This document shows, piece by piece, positions 1 to 13,300 of a stretch of 63,876 nt of DNA; position 1 is the stretch's first letter; each line of letters opens with the position of its first letter. Location of the stretch: NCBI GenBank assembly GCA_016748015.1, contig JAAOMT010000009.1, forward strand, positions 1,241,924-1,305,799, read 5' to 3'. The translations under genes were made by a program, and so were the position numbers. The notes under the pieces were generated by a model that had not been told where the DNA came from, searched no databases, and saw nothing but the letters and a program-made list of their open reading frames with translations. This DNA comes from Geosiphon pyriformis uo1. Taxonomy: Eukaryota > Fungi > Glomeromycota.

Positions 1-692
1 TATTTAATTATTTAATTTTATACTTAAAACTATATTAAAATATATATATATATTATAAATTAATAATTATGTATTTGTTATTATTGGTAGTTTTTTTGTT
101 GTATTATTTAAAGATATATTATAATTATTTAATACCATAAAAAGTTCTACTGTAAATTTTGTTTTAAAATTATTTTGTTTGTGTTTTATATTTAATTAAT
201 AATATTTTATTTAAAATAATTATATAAATTATATTTAATTTAAAACACTAAATTGTTGTATTGTATTAAATAATAATTGAACTTTACTTATTTAATAAAA
301 AAGAGTTATTTTATTAATTAAATAATAATTTCTAATAATTTTTTTTTGTTAATAATAATTTCGAATTTATTATTTATATATTGTTGTTAAAATTTTGATA
401 AATATGATATATTTTTCAAATGGTTTAAAAAAAATACTATTATTTAGTTTAAGTTATAAAAAATTTTCAAAGCTTTTTTTAAAGTATAAAACTTAATAAT
501 AAAGTGGTTTAATTCTATTAAGTTTACAAATTAATTTTTTTTTAAACAATAACAATATTATTTATTTTAAATCAAAAAAATTCGTTTTTTATAAATTTAA
601 ATTTTTATTTTAAGTATAAAAATTATTAATATATTAAATATTTTTGACTTAATAGTTTAATTTGTAATTTTGGTAAATTTCAAATAATTTTT
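1..692. repeat. Left arm, segment 1, of a large AT-rich inverted repeat; runs off the window start
   Basis: Reverse complement of about 42392-43085 (gtatttgttattattggtagtttttttgttgtatt vs aatacaacaaaaaaactaccaataataacaaatac). Confidence 0.9.
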
Positions 693-3031
693 TTTTATTT
701 TTTTATTTTTTATTAACGTTTTAACAAAGTGTGTCCAAACACTATTTAATACACTGTACCACTATAGAATTACAAATTAGATGTGTTTCACGCTCTTTCT
801 ACATGTGACCAACCACCCAAGTCAGTTAAAACACCAACTAAGCTGAATTAAAAGAAGCTGAGAGAAAACTCAGCTTACCAAGTCTTTCAATAATACCATT
901 CAAATTTCTAGAATCAAAAATAAACTCACTAAAAAACAATCTAGTTTTTTTACTACTACTTTTAACTTTAGGACCACACATTTGCTACAAAGCAACTGCA
1001 CAGTCAATTGTGTTTTCACTCAATAGAGAAGTTTTGGCAGCACCAATATTATCTTCATCAAGATTATCAAACTTCACCTCAGTCTTAAGACTGGCAAAAT
1101 TTTTAGACACACCAATCAAAAGTTCAGTAAAATCCTTGGAGGCATTACACATAGTCAAAAGATCTTTCTCGACCTTCAGAGTCTTGGCAACATTGTCATT
1201 CAGAAGAGTAGTAACCAAAACAATCAAAGAACCAATTGGCTCAATGACAGACTTAACTAAAGTGGACAGATCTGAAATTTGTTTTTTCATAGAATCTAAC
1301 CTAAGCTTAACAGCAGAGTCAACAACAAAAACAGCAAAAGATGCAGCAAATGGAGAAGCCAGTAAAACAAAAGCCACCAAAGGAGAAAATTCAGAAGCAG
1401 CTGGAGGAGCAGAAGCTTTAGCATAAAAAACACTACCTACAAAATGTGCATTGAATACTTTGGGAGTCTTGAGAGAAGAAGACAAAGACATTTTACAATT
1501 AACAGTCAGATGACCAGCCTTTTGACATCTAAAGCAGCACTGATAACCAGAAGTTTCTCACCAAATATGGCACTTTCTCAGTGTACCAGTTTTGACAACA
1601 ACAAGATTCAAATCTGCTTAAAAGCCAAATATAACCAAAGCAAAGTGGAAACGACAACCAAAATCAGAAAACCAAAGAATGAAACAAGTCCAATCACCAA
1701 CTTAAGAAATCATGTTACTGATTTTAAAGGCAGTGCAGCCAGAAAGAAGATTAACCAACTTGGCCCTGAACTAATCATGAAACAAAATTGTCTCATTTTG
1801 ATTGGTAAGGAGAAGAATATAAACACTATCCTTGCCCACCAAAATTGACCAGTGAGTAAGAGCAGAGGCAGCAGCATTTAATTCCTTAAAATAAACAACC
1901 ACATATTGCCAAACACCAACAGACTTCAACACAACACGAGAAACTTTACCAAAAACCTCAAGAGCTGACTTAATATCAACAGTGAACATACCCAAAAGCA
2001 TATTGCATAGTGCAACAGCAGCAGGAGAAAAACCAGACTCAGAAACCACCAAAGACTTAGCAATTTTAAGAGTGACAAGATGAACAGAGCTTGTAAGCTC
2101 AACCAGAAACACAGCTTTCAAAAACACTTGAGAAGCAAACTCCACACAAAACAGCTTTACATTGTCTTTTGACACTGACTTTGCATCCAAAAAACCATGT
2201 ACTAACTGAAAAACAGTCTTAACATGAGCCAATTTGATCTTAAACATAGCACCAGACACCTAGAGTGGAGGCTACCCATCCAGCAAACCTCTGATAACTA
2301 ACAATAATTTGCTAAGCACCACCAAAAGTAGCACCAGAAACTAGAGAGGGAGATGATTCAGTTTTTATTTGATCAGCCCAATTCTCAAGAACAGGTAACC
2401 CAATAGGATGAGATTGTTTTGCTTCTAAAACTGATGATGATCTATTGGAAAACACCATATTTGACAACACAGCCAGTAGTTAATCTTGGCCCATTTTGGA
2501 TGACGTGCTGAATGATACTATGAAGATCTCATCTAAGATCTCATTGGGAACTGTAAAGAAGTTCGGTGTAACAATAGCAGAGACAAACAACTGCTCCCAC
2601 TTTTCTGAACTTTTGGTCTTTTTGATTATTTTTTTTGAAGAAGTGTTAGCAGTACCAGATGTTGAAGCTATGGAGGGAAATACCAGCTTGTTAACTGGTC
2701 TAAAATTAAAAAATTTTGGGCTCTTTGAAGGGGTAGAGGCAACACTAGAACTAACCCAAGTGTGTTTTTTTGAGAGAACTTTAACTAGTGAAAGACCAGT
2801 CAAAGATAAGAAAGTTGATTCAGCAGCTACCAAAGGCAGCTTTTTATAATTACTGGGTAAAGGGAAGGCTTCTAAAATGTTTTGCCTAGTTGTTTTTACA
2901 ACAGAGAGAACACCTCTGATTGAAATTCTATTAGATATCTCAGGACAGATATCAAATACAGCTTTTTTTACTCTTTGCTCTGGTCATGGTCATAAAATTA
3001 AGAAAACAAAGAGTCAAATTTTTTTTTTTTT
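693..3031 (-). mobile_element. Element A: full-length ORF1-only non-LTR element (HAL1-like), about 2.3 kb
   Basis: A-rich tail at 693-715; LINE-type 3' UTR; one decayed ORF1 from ATG 2993; TSD ATAATTTTT at 684-692 and 3032-3040; empty site in the opposite IR arm near 42392; no APE/RT sequence. Confidence 0.85.
985..2993 (-). pseudogene. LINE ORF1-like protein (RRM-like segments, CCHC knuckle, coiled coil), with stops and frameshifts
   Basis: Starts MTMTRAKSKKA. ORF fragments 2480-2833, 1771-2259 and 985-1491 resemble ORF1 at 35857-37269 (WSILVGKDSV vs WSILIRKDAI). Knuckle CFRCQKAGHLTVNC near 1495-1540. Confidence 0.8.
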
Positions 3032-4432
3032 ATAATTTTTAGTTAATAATATTAATAATTTTGTTTTGGTTTTTATTTGTTATTAATAATAATTATAATT
3101 TAATTTTTGATTCATAATATTATTTATAATTTTAAAGCTTTTTTATTATTTTTAATTATTAATTTTTACAAGTTTTGAAAAATTATTAATTAATTAAAAG
3201 TGTTTTTATTTACAATAAAAACTGATTTATTTTTTATAAATTTATTTTTTAAAGAATTAAAAATAATACTACTTTTAAAGTTGCTTTTAAGATTAATAAA
3301 ATTTTTAAAAAATATATTAACAATTAAATTAATAATATAATTAAATTGCTTTTATAAAATTTTTTTTAATTTTAATAAATATTTTAAATTAACTAAAAAA
3401 AAATTTTATAATTAATAATTAAATAATTTTAATATTTGTATTAATATTAACAATTAAAGTTTTTTATTAAATATAATATTCTATAAAATATTAATTTTAA
3501 ATTATAAAGATTATATAAAACTCTTTTTTTTGTATATTTATAACTATATTTAAAATAAAAAATTTGTAACTTTTTTATTTTTTAAAACAATTTATAATAT
3601 TTTAATTGATAAAATATTTTTTTTTTACAGCTGTTTAAATAATTAAAAAACCCAAAACAGTCAAAAAACAACTTTTTTAAAATATTAAAAAGTTTGTTTT
3701 TGGTATTAATTTTGTTGTTTTAAAATTTGGGTTTTTTTATAGAAAATAAAACATTGAATTTTTCTGTTTTTTTTTGGTTTTATTGTTAATTTTTACTAAT
3801 TTTAAAAATAAAACAAGTTATATCTTTATATACAACTTTTTCTAATTAATTTAAGTTAATTAAATAAAAACCAAAAAAAAAAATTCTTTTTTTGTTTTTT
3901 AATAATACTGCTTTTAATAATACTTAAAAAACAATTGTTAATTATCAAAAAAATTTTAAATAAGTAGCTTTTATTTTTGTATCTAATGTTTTTTTAAACT
4001 TAAATTAACTTATATTAAAACTGTTTTTTAGTTTTTACATGATTTTATTAATATAAAATTTGGTTTTAAAAACAATATTAAGTTTTTTTTATATAAAATT
4101 TGTATTTTAAATTTTTTTAAAGACTATTTTGTTGGTTAAATTTGCTAAAACTTTTTTTTTTTAAAAAATTCTAAAGTGTAATTTTTGTATTTAATTTTGG
4201 TTTTGTTGTTATTATTGTTTTTTATAATATTTTTTTAGATTATTATTTTTAAAAATACTTTTAAGACCAAATTAATTAATTTTTTTTGGTTATATTTTTA
4301 ATAAATTGGGTTTTTAAATTAATAATTATATTTGTTTTATTTTTTATTTTTTTAATTATATTTAATACTTAAAATATATACTATAATTATTTTTAGATTT
4401 TAAAAATTTTAAATAGTATTATTATTAAAATT
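3032..4432. repeat. Left IR arm, segment 2
   Basis: Reverse complement of about 42285-42400 and then 34073-35771, lacking two blocks of about 200 bp. Confidence 0.9.
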
Positions 4433-4563
4433 TTTTTTTATTAAAGTTTAATAAGCAAGGCCTAACTATTATCTAATACAATATGACTACATAAAGTCTT
4501 AAATTAAATATGGTTCACATATTTTCTATATGTAATTAGCTATTTAAGCCAACTCAGACTATA

Positions 4564-6175
4564 CTATATTGATGCATCAAAAGAAAACTTACTCAAAAAT
4601 AACATCTTTTGACTGACAAAAAACAAAGTAGTACTACAAAGAACCAATTCAACTAGCCATTTAGCTGTCTTTAAAGTATTAGTTTTAATATTAATAGATT
4701 CATGTTTCCAAAGAGACATCAAGTTAGAAAACACCTCATTATTCAAACCAACTGAGTGCTCTGAATTACCAGACATATCAATATCCTTTATATAGCACTT
4801 CTTTTTTAAAAAAACCACTTCTTTCTCCAACTTATCAACAATTTTACTAAAAAAACCCATATGCACCATAATTTTATTGACTTTAAGGCCAAACTTACTG
4901 CTTGAAACCAAATCTCCATTAATAAACTGTTCAAACAATTTGATCAAAAAACTAACTAGTTTAACAATAGACTTAATCAAAGCAGAAAGCTTGACCAAAT
5001 CAGACACCAAGAGATTATCAACAAATATAAAAGAAAAAATAGAAGCTGCCAAGGAAAAAAACTCAGAAGAAACCAGAGAAGCAAAAGCCTTTGCATAAAA
5101 AATACTACTCACAAAATATGGTTTAAACATCTTGGGAGTCTTGAGAGATAAAAGCAGAGTAACTTTGCAGTTCACAGCCAAATGGCATACTTCTTGACAC
5201 CTAAAGCAGTGCCAATAACCAGAAGTTTCCCACCAAATACAGTATTTCTTTAAGATACCAGTTTTGACAACTACAGAATTCAAATTAACTTGGGAACCAA
5301 ATATAACCAAAGCAAACCAAAAACAATGACCAGAATCAGGTAAATGAGAAATAAAACAAGTCTGACTACCAATCTGAGATTATATTACTAATCTTAAAGA
5401 CAGTACAGCCAAAAAAGAGATTAACAAACTTGACCTTAAACTGATCACAAAACAAAATTGTCTCATTTTGATTGATAAGGAAAAGAATATGAATACTATT
5501 TTTGTTTACCAAAATTAACCAGTAAGTAAGAACAGAAGCAGCAACATTCAATTTTTTAAAGTAAACAACTACATATTGTCAAACACCAGCAAGCTTCAGC
5601 ATAACACAAGAAACTTTACCAAAAACTCCAAAAGCTGACTTAATATCAACAACAGACATATCCAAAGACACATCACGTAGCATAACAACAGCAGAAAAAG
5701 AACCAGACTCAGAAACCACCAAAGACTTGGCAATTTTAAGAGTGATAAGGTGAACAGAGCTTGTAAGCTCAACCAGAAATACAGTATCCAGAGAACTTTG
5801 GAAGACAAACTCAACACAGAAGAGTTTTATATTGTTCTTAAAAACAGATTTTGCACCTAAAAAACCATGTATAGACTAAAAAACAGCCTTAACATAAGCC
5901 AATTTGATCTTAAAAGTAGCACCAGGCATCAAAGTAAAGGCCATCTATTCAGCAAACTTTTGACAACTAATAATAGTTTCTCAGGCACTACTAGCAGCAG
6001 CACCAGAAACCAAAAAAGAAAATAATTCAGTTTTCATTTAGTTAGTCCAGTTCTTAAGAACAGATAACACCATAGAAGATAGTTGTTTTGCTTCTAAAAC
6101 CAGCAATGATCTGCCAGAAGACATCATATTTGGCAACACAGTCAGTAATTGATCTTAGTCTATTTTGAATGATGT
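4564..6175 (-). pseudogene. ORF1 of element B, 3' part
   Basis: ORF 4564-5310 contains CFRCQEVCHLAVNC (CX2CX4HX4C); its stop lies directly before the conserved 3' UTR. Confidence 0.8.
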
Positions 6176-7013
6176 TGTTACAGGTAAATAATTGGGGTCT
6201 TAAGTCAAATCAAATCCATAACTTGGTGCTTAATGTTTTGCTTGATATCAGTTGTTAAAATGTTATGGATTTGAAGGTATCATTATCTGAAGGTTTTTTG
6301 TGGAGTTTTTTGTATAATAGACAGAGATTTAATAATTGTTTTTAGTAGCCTTCTGGAATCACAATTCCATCAAATTTTTTTCTTAGCATAGTGGCTGGTA
6401 ATCCTCCTAGTAAGCTATTTTCAAATTTATGAGTGTTCTATCCTTGTTTCATGAATCTTTTACTAATCTTTATGATGTGTGTATATTAGTACTTAATCCT
6501 TTAATCAATTAGTAAATAACAACAAAGAAAAGAAAATAAAAATAAAAAAAATAAGAAATAAGAAATAAGCCAAGACAATAATGGTTAGTATTCCATCAAT
6601 AGCCATAATCAAGAGCTATTGTTCTAGTATGGTTAAGTATTAATTACTATCAACATAAAGTGTTGATAGTGAAGAATAAATTTAAGATAGAGAATAATTA
6701 TTTATTGATATTTGTAAGTTGGAAGGTTGCTTAGATCAAATCTAAACTAAGAGATCTGTCTTTTTTTATTTCTAATACTACTGCTATATATACATAATTG
6801 AGATTTCTTAATTCCTCAATTTTTCACACCAAGAATTTTGGAATTCCTGGAATCCTGCAATTTCTTTGAGAGGAATCCTGAAATTTTAGAATTCTGTGAT
6901 TTTTTGTATGAGAATTCTGAAATTCCTGGAATTCTGAAATTCCATATTTACTATGGTTACTTCTAATTGGCTAATTTATGCTAATATATACTTCCTATAT
7001 TCTATGAGTAATA
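6176..7013 (-). repeat. G1 3' LTR
   Basis: Direct repeat of 16553-17395; decayed PPT next to it at 7014-7030. Confidence 0.93.
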
Positions 7014-7116
7014 TTATTTCTTCTTTTTTAATATTAAGTTCTATTGAGATCTTCTAATTTTAATTTTCTATCTTTGAGTATTTCTTGAACTTCTTTTTCA
7101 AAAATTACTTGTGCTA

Positions 7117-8371
7117 TAATGCAAACTATTTATAGTCATCAAACAATTTATATAATTTTAAATTATATATAGTCTTCCAATTTTAATAATATTAAAAAAC
7201 TAAACTGTAAATATGATAGATTAAGTTCTTCTCTTTCACATTTATGGTTTAATTTTTTGAATTATATTATAATTTATAAAGTTATTAAAGTTTAAAATTA
7301 GCCACTTTTATTATTAATCTTTAATTTTTGGATGCTGATCAATCAGATTTTAGCCAATCAGCAATCATTAAAATTATATTACCATGTGATAAATCATCAA
7401 AGTATTATTATTTTCAAAAAAGCTTTCAATTAATATTAATCCAATCTTTAGATGGTCACTTTTTTATAAAGATATAATATCTTTCGGCCTGTATGTCTTT
7501 TGCTGATGACATGGCACCATTAACCATGAATATTTCATTCACACCACCACCATATTTGGTTGTTATTATTGGAACAGAAACCCAGATATCAATATTGTTT
7601 ACATTAGGCATCAAAGAAATCATAAAAGTACTATGAGCAATTGTCGAAGAATTTGGGAATGTCATTTGCACTCTATTTGTAATCTTGCATTATTATAATG
7701 TGAATACTTACTTTGAATTCACAAATAACCTTTCAATAACTATAATATTGCATTTCAAAGAATTGCTTGGATCTAAAAGATATATGAAATCCCCTGTAAT
7801 AAAAATTTCTGGTTAAATTTAATATTTGAATGATGAATTATACCAAAGAGAAATATAATGACTAAAATATCTATCGTGTATTTGACCGAATTATGATCTA
7901 GTTTTAGAATTGGTTTCTTAGGTTGTAAAAAAAATTTTAATTGTTGAATATTTCAACAACTTATTAGAATGTGATATATAATAACTTATCACAATAATCA
8001 AAAAACTTATATCAGTTGGTGTTAATTTAGGGGAATCAGATTGGAATTGAAAAATCTTTGGCTTTACCTTAATTGAGAAAACTGAAGTTGTCTTAAAGCC
8101 CATAACCTTAAATAGCTCTTTTTTGTTAGTGTTGTATATTTTTTAATGAGTTTGTTTTAATGCAAAAAATGTATAAAACATATTAGTTCAAGTAGATAAA
8201 ACTCAGATTTTTTTGTAAAAGGCTAATAAACTTCTTACTTATAAATAATATATTAAAAATACATGTATATTAACCAATAAAATTTAATTATATAAATAAA
8301 AACACATGAAGATCATCATTTAAAATTTCGGACTGATTTACATTTTTGATGATTATAAATGGTTTGCACTA
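7117..8371. mobile_element. Non-autonomous Tc1/mariner/pogo-type TIR element (1255 bp) with non-transposase cargo
   Basis: TIRs TAATGCAAACTATTTATAGTCATCAAA and (rc) TAGTGCAAACCATTTATAATCATCAAA; TA duplication at 7115-16 and 8372-73; G3 shows the empty site (aacaagatagcacaa). Confidence 0.9.
7456..8110 (-). pseudogene. Possible captured, intron-containing host gene fragment
   Basis: Short ORFs 7918-8103 and 7456-7671 separated by AT-rich intron-like segments (GTAAGT...TAG, ...ATTACAG); several CpGs retained; no DDE motif seen. Confidence 0.4.
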
Positions 8372-8974
8372 TATTTTGTTTTGTAAGTTTTCAAATTGGG
8401 TATTGGTTATTTTTTCCATTTGGTTAATAATAATGGAGTTTATTTCTGAATTGAATAAGATTTCTGGTCGATCTTGAAATCTGGTATGTAGCCAATAAAT
8501 TGCTCTTGCTTGTGTGATCAAATTGTTCTTTCCCACAAATTGTTCCAGTTGTTGCAATATTGTTGTGTCAAATAATTATTTTGTTTTATTCGTATATAAG
8601 CTCTGGATGTTCAAGTGTCATTCCAAATAAAAGTAACAAAAGTTTTTTGGAAATTGTTGTATTTACCAATTCCAAGTTTCTATAGTTAACTCTTGGTATT
8701 GAATTACTTTTGGTTGTGTTTCTATTGCCAGTTTCATCTTTGCAATTATTTTATCAATCATGTTTTCTGTTTTTCTCCGTGTTTTATCTCATGTTTTTTT
8801 TCTGGTGTTTATGTATCTGATAGTTTGTTGGTTGATTGTAATTTCCATTTTTTGTTGTTGTATTAATTGAAAAAATTGTTGTGCTAGTAAGTGAATGCTG
8901 TTAATAATTTTTATTTTCTGTTGTCTTTTGTCACATATATTATGTCTTTATATACTCCTTAGTTGTTTGATTTT

Positions 8975-10349
8975 ACATGTTTAGTTCAATAATTATGATT
9001 GGTTTCAGATCTTATGGAATCTTATTTGGTTGGACTAGTATTCTTTGTACTCCTAATTGAAGAATATTACTGGTAGATGATGATGCTATATGGTGATATT
9101 GTTTTAGTTGATCATCATGTGCTGCTTTGGTTAAAATTTTGTTGTTCAACCTTAATTTATAAGCTCCATTTCTGAGAATTTTTTCTATGTGAAATGGTCT
9201 GTCCTATTTGGAGTCAAATTTTCCACTCCATTGTTTTTTCACTTTGATATAATGTAGAAGTACTTTGTCTCCAATCTTGAATTTAACTGGTTTCTCTGAT
9301 AGTTGGTTATCATATCTTTTTTTTTGTTTTTCTTGTGACTTTTGTATATTATCAGCTACTCTTTGCTGTGTGTTTTCTAGTGTCTTCATTAAGTCATATG
9401 TTCTTTTCAACAATGTTTTTTGAAAATTTTCTTCTGTTATTGGTTCTGTTAGATATGTCTTGACTTCTATTTCAACTGGTAATATTGCTATTCTACCATA
9501 TACTAATTCGAATGGTGTTGTTTGTGTAGTGTCTTGCTTTATTGTCTAATAAGCAAATAATACTGATGGTATAATCAAATCTCATTTGTTCTGGTTTTTT
9601 TGGCTGATTTTGGCAATGACTTCTCACAATGTTCTGTTAAATCTTTTAACTAATCCATTTGTTTGTGGATGGTATAGTGATGATAATGGTCTTTTTATCC
9701 CAAATTTTTGACTTAATTCTATCAATGTTCTATTCACAAAGTGAGTTCCTTGATCTAATAATAGTTCTTTTGGACATCTATGTTAGCAGATTAAATCTTG
9801 ATAAATGAATTTGGCAATAAATTCTGCATCTGCTCTTTGAATGGCTTTTGCTTCTGGCCATTTTGTAAGATAATTCATGGCTACTGTAATATATTTGTTG
9901 CCTTTGCTGGTGATTGTTAATGGTCTGACTAAGTCAATTCCAATGCAGTCAAATGATTGGCCCACTTTAATTGGTCTTAATGGTTCACTGGGTTTTGTTC
10001 TTCCTCTTCTCTAACAAGCATTACAATTTTAAACATATTGGATGATGTTTGAATATATTGATAGCCAATAGTATTTTTTTCTGGTTCTTTCTATGATTGC
10101 TTCTTTATGGAAATGTCTTGCTGTTGGATTTAAGTGTATGTTGAACAATATTGTCTCTTTTTCTGGTTCTGTGATTACTCTGATTGGTTGATTTGGATTC
10201 TTTCTGTTTTTCTGGTAAAGTATATTTTGGTGATTAATAAAATATTTTGATTATTGTTTTTTGTTGTTTTGTTTCTTTTGAGATAATTTCTTCTTGAACA
10301 ATTGAGTATTTATATAATGTTGAAGTTGTTGGTATTTTTGTATATTTAT
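8975..10349 (-). pseudogene. G1 integrase (HHCC, DDE core, GPF module, no chromodomain)
   Basis: IGIDLVRPLTITSKGNKYI..YLTKWPEAKA; FKIGDKVLL..WSGKFD. Confidence 0.9.
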
Positions 10350-10379
10350 TTTTTGTTATATTTTTGGGTTGAAATGTTT

Positions 10380-13300
10380 TTAAATTTGTCTTATTTGTGA
10401 CAATCTGTTAGCATTTCCATTTTCTTTTCCTTTTTTGTAATGTATTGTATAATTAAATAGTGAAAGTTCTATTTTTTATTTGGCATAGTAATTGTCTCCA
10501 AATTTTTGCTTTTGAATTGAAGTCAATCCTTTATGATCCATGTACACATTAAACTTTTGACTCAAGTATTCTTTTCATTTAATGACAGTCCAATAGATAG
10601 CTAAGTGTCCCAGTGCTGGAGTTCCATAGTTTTTTTTAGCTAGACTTAAGCTTTTATTGGTGTAAGCTACTGGATGTTCTCATCCATCTGGTTTTTTCTG
10701 AAATAATACTGCTCCCAATATTTGGCCTAATGCATTGGTGATAATGATGAATGATTTGCTATAATCTGAATATATCAACATTAGAGCTTGAATAAGCTTT
10801 CTTCTCAGTGTGTCAAATGCTTCTTGTTGAGCTTCTGTCTATTCATACTTTACATTCTTAGTTTGTAAATAATAGAGTGGCTGGGCCAGTTTAGAAAAAT
10901 CCTTAATAAAATGGCAATAATAGTCTGCAAATCCCAAAAATACTCTCAGTTCTGTCAAGTTGGTTGGTACTGAAAAGTTCTTTACTATTGCAATTTTATC
11001 TGGATTTGTTTTAATGCTGTTTTTGTTTATGACATGTCCCAAAAATTTCAATTCTGTTTTGCCAAAGAAACACTTGGTTGCATTTAATTTCAATCTTGCT
11101 CTTTTCAATCTTTCAAATACTTGTTGAAGATGATGTAGATGGTTATTAAATGTCTTGGAGAACACATTGGTGTTGTCTAAGTAAACAACTACTGATTTTT
11201 ACAATAGTCCAGTATAAACAATTTCCATAAGCCATTGGAATGTTGTTGGAGCATTCATCAAGCCAAATGGCATTACTTTGAACTCAAAATTTCCTTCTTG
11301 TGTTGTAAAAGTTGTCTTCTCTTTATTTTTTGGTTTCATGGCTACTTGCCAGTAATCACTGTTTAAATTTAGAATAGAAAACCATTTCTTTTCTCCAAAA
11401 GTGTCGAACAGTTCTTGAATCTTTGGAGTTGGGTAGCTATCATCTTTGGTTACTGTATTCAATTTCTGGTAATTCACAAAAAAGCAGATTTTTCCATTTT
11501 TTTTATGGACTAGTACCACTGATAATGATCATAGACTTATTGATAGTTGAATTAGCCTATTGTTAAGCATCCAATTGATTTCTTGATGAATGATCTCATG
11601 GCTAGCTGGTGGTACTCTGTATGCTCTCTGTTTAATTGGCATTGTATCTCCAGTCTTAATTTAATGTTGAATGATATCAGTTTTGCCAAATTTGTTTTTA
11701 CTGGCAAAGATGTCATTAAAGTTGTTGAGTAACATCTTGAGTTGCATACATTATAGTGGGTCTAGATTTCCCAAGTTCATCTGTTCCAATTGTTTTGGTT
11801 GGAGCAGATAACATTTTTCTTGTCCATATATGATATGAGATGTGATATCTACATATCCACACAGTTGTGGAAAGTTTAGAATAAGGTTTGGTAGTTGTTC
11901 TTCAATTTTGGTGGTTAAATATCCAATGATGGTCCCTTCTGGTATCTCAATAATGTCTTTTGTGTTGTTGTAAATAAAGATTTTAATGTGATCATGATTC
12001 TTGGCTGGTATGTGTAGATTGACTAATCCAATCTCTTTTGATTCACAAAGTGTTGCTTCTGCTTCAAAAATCTGAATCTGATTCTTTATTTTTTTCTCTA
12101 TAGTTACCATGTACTAGTCATATAGTAGAATTGAAATTAATTAATGGGTGGAGATAATTTCTCTCTTGTCAATAACTTTTTTTTCTGCCATATTGATTAG
12201 TATATCTATTCTATCTATTGATCCGAATTCTTATATCTTTCTTGCTGTTATCTCTAATTCTTCCCTGGTTTCTACTAATACTAATTGAGTTATTTTAATC
12301 AGAGACAGGAATATTGTTTATGCTATCTTTTCATTTAGATCTATAATATATGTCTTTTCTGAGTCATTTTATAGCATAGCAATAATATTTCCTACATATC
12401 CTGTGTTAATTATTTCTCCTCTAATGTTGATTCTTTTTTTTGCTAGGCTACTCTTAAATGCTAGCTAAACTATTGTTGTTGTTGAGATTTCTAATGCTAC
12501 TTTAAGATCAATGCATATGCACAAATGTGGTTCCAATTTGATGACATTTTTTTCTGAATATCTTAGATCAAACCCTATATCTGTATTATGTACATATTCT
12601 GGCATGATGCCTTCATTGTTGTCACTATACTATCTGAATTTTTATTCCTTGAAAAGATCAAAAAACATGATGTATGTTTTGGGGTTTGAATTGGAGTTTG
12701 AATTGCTATTATTTTTCTTGCTATATTAAGCAGAACTGGAACCATTGTTTCATTGTCATCATTGTCAGAGTTTGAATCAGGATTGAAAATTGATTCTGAT
12801 TCTGATGCACAGCTATTGATTGGTTTCTCTTCTTTTGGAATTGTGTAGATCATGCATGGTAGTGAATTGTAAATGAAGTCACACTTATTACAATATTAGA
12901 AGTTACATGAAATTAAGCAGTGTTAACACAGTTGAGTGTTCAGTTGCTCTAAGCATTGCTCTTGCTCTTTTTTTGTGAGTGCTAATCCTTAGTAGTGTTC
13001 ATAGAATTGTTTTGGATTCAGGAGGTTTATGACTGGTTCTGGGTTCCAGTCAAGTTTTATGAGTTCAAGTGGGTTATTTTTAATTGTTCTTATTTTTTCT
13101 AGTGATGCTCCTTTGATTTTGGCAAGTGCTATTCATCAGATTTCATTATCATTGTGTGGACAGCCATCCAGACGTTTGATTGCTTATTTTCAGGCAGCGT
13201 CTATAAGTGTTCTCTTTCTTATCTAGTTGCTTATGAGAATTGTGTATTAACACAATTTGTCACATGTTTCTTCTCTCCCAGAAATGTTATTCCACATTTC

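Larger units (their letters stand above)
7035..8910 (-). pseudogene. G1 ORF3 (post-integrase accessory ORF), split by a TIR element
   Basis: QQLEQFVGKNNLITQARAIYWLHTRFQDRPEILFN (ORF 8369-8557) matches G3 29668-30291 and G4. Confidence 0.8.

Noticed and set aside
1010-2849. Antisense ORFs over LINE and gypsy coding regions (also 18580-19050, 62629-63093)
   Set aside because: Shadow frames with no motifs and no conservation between copies.
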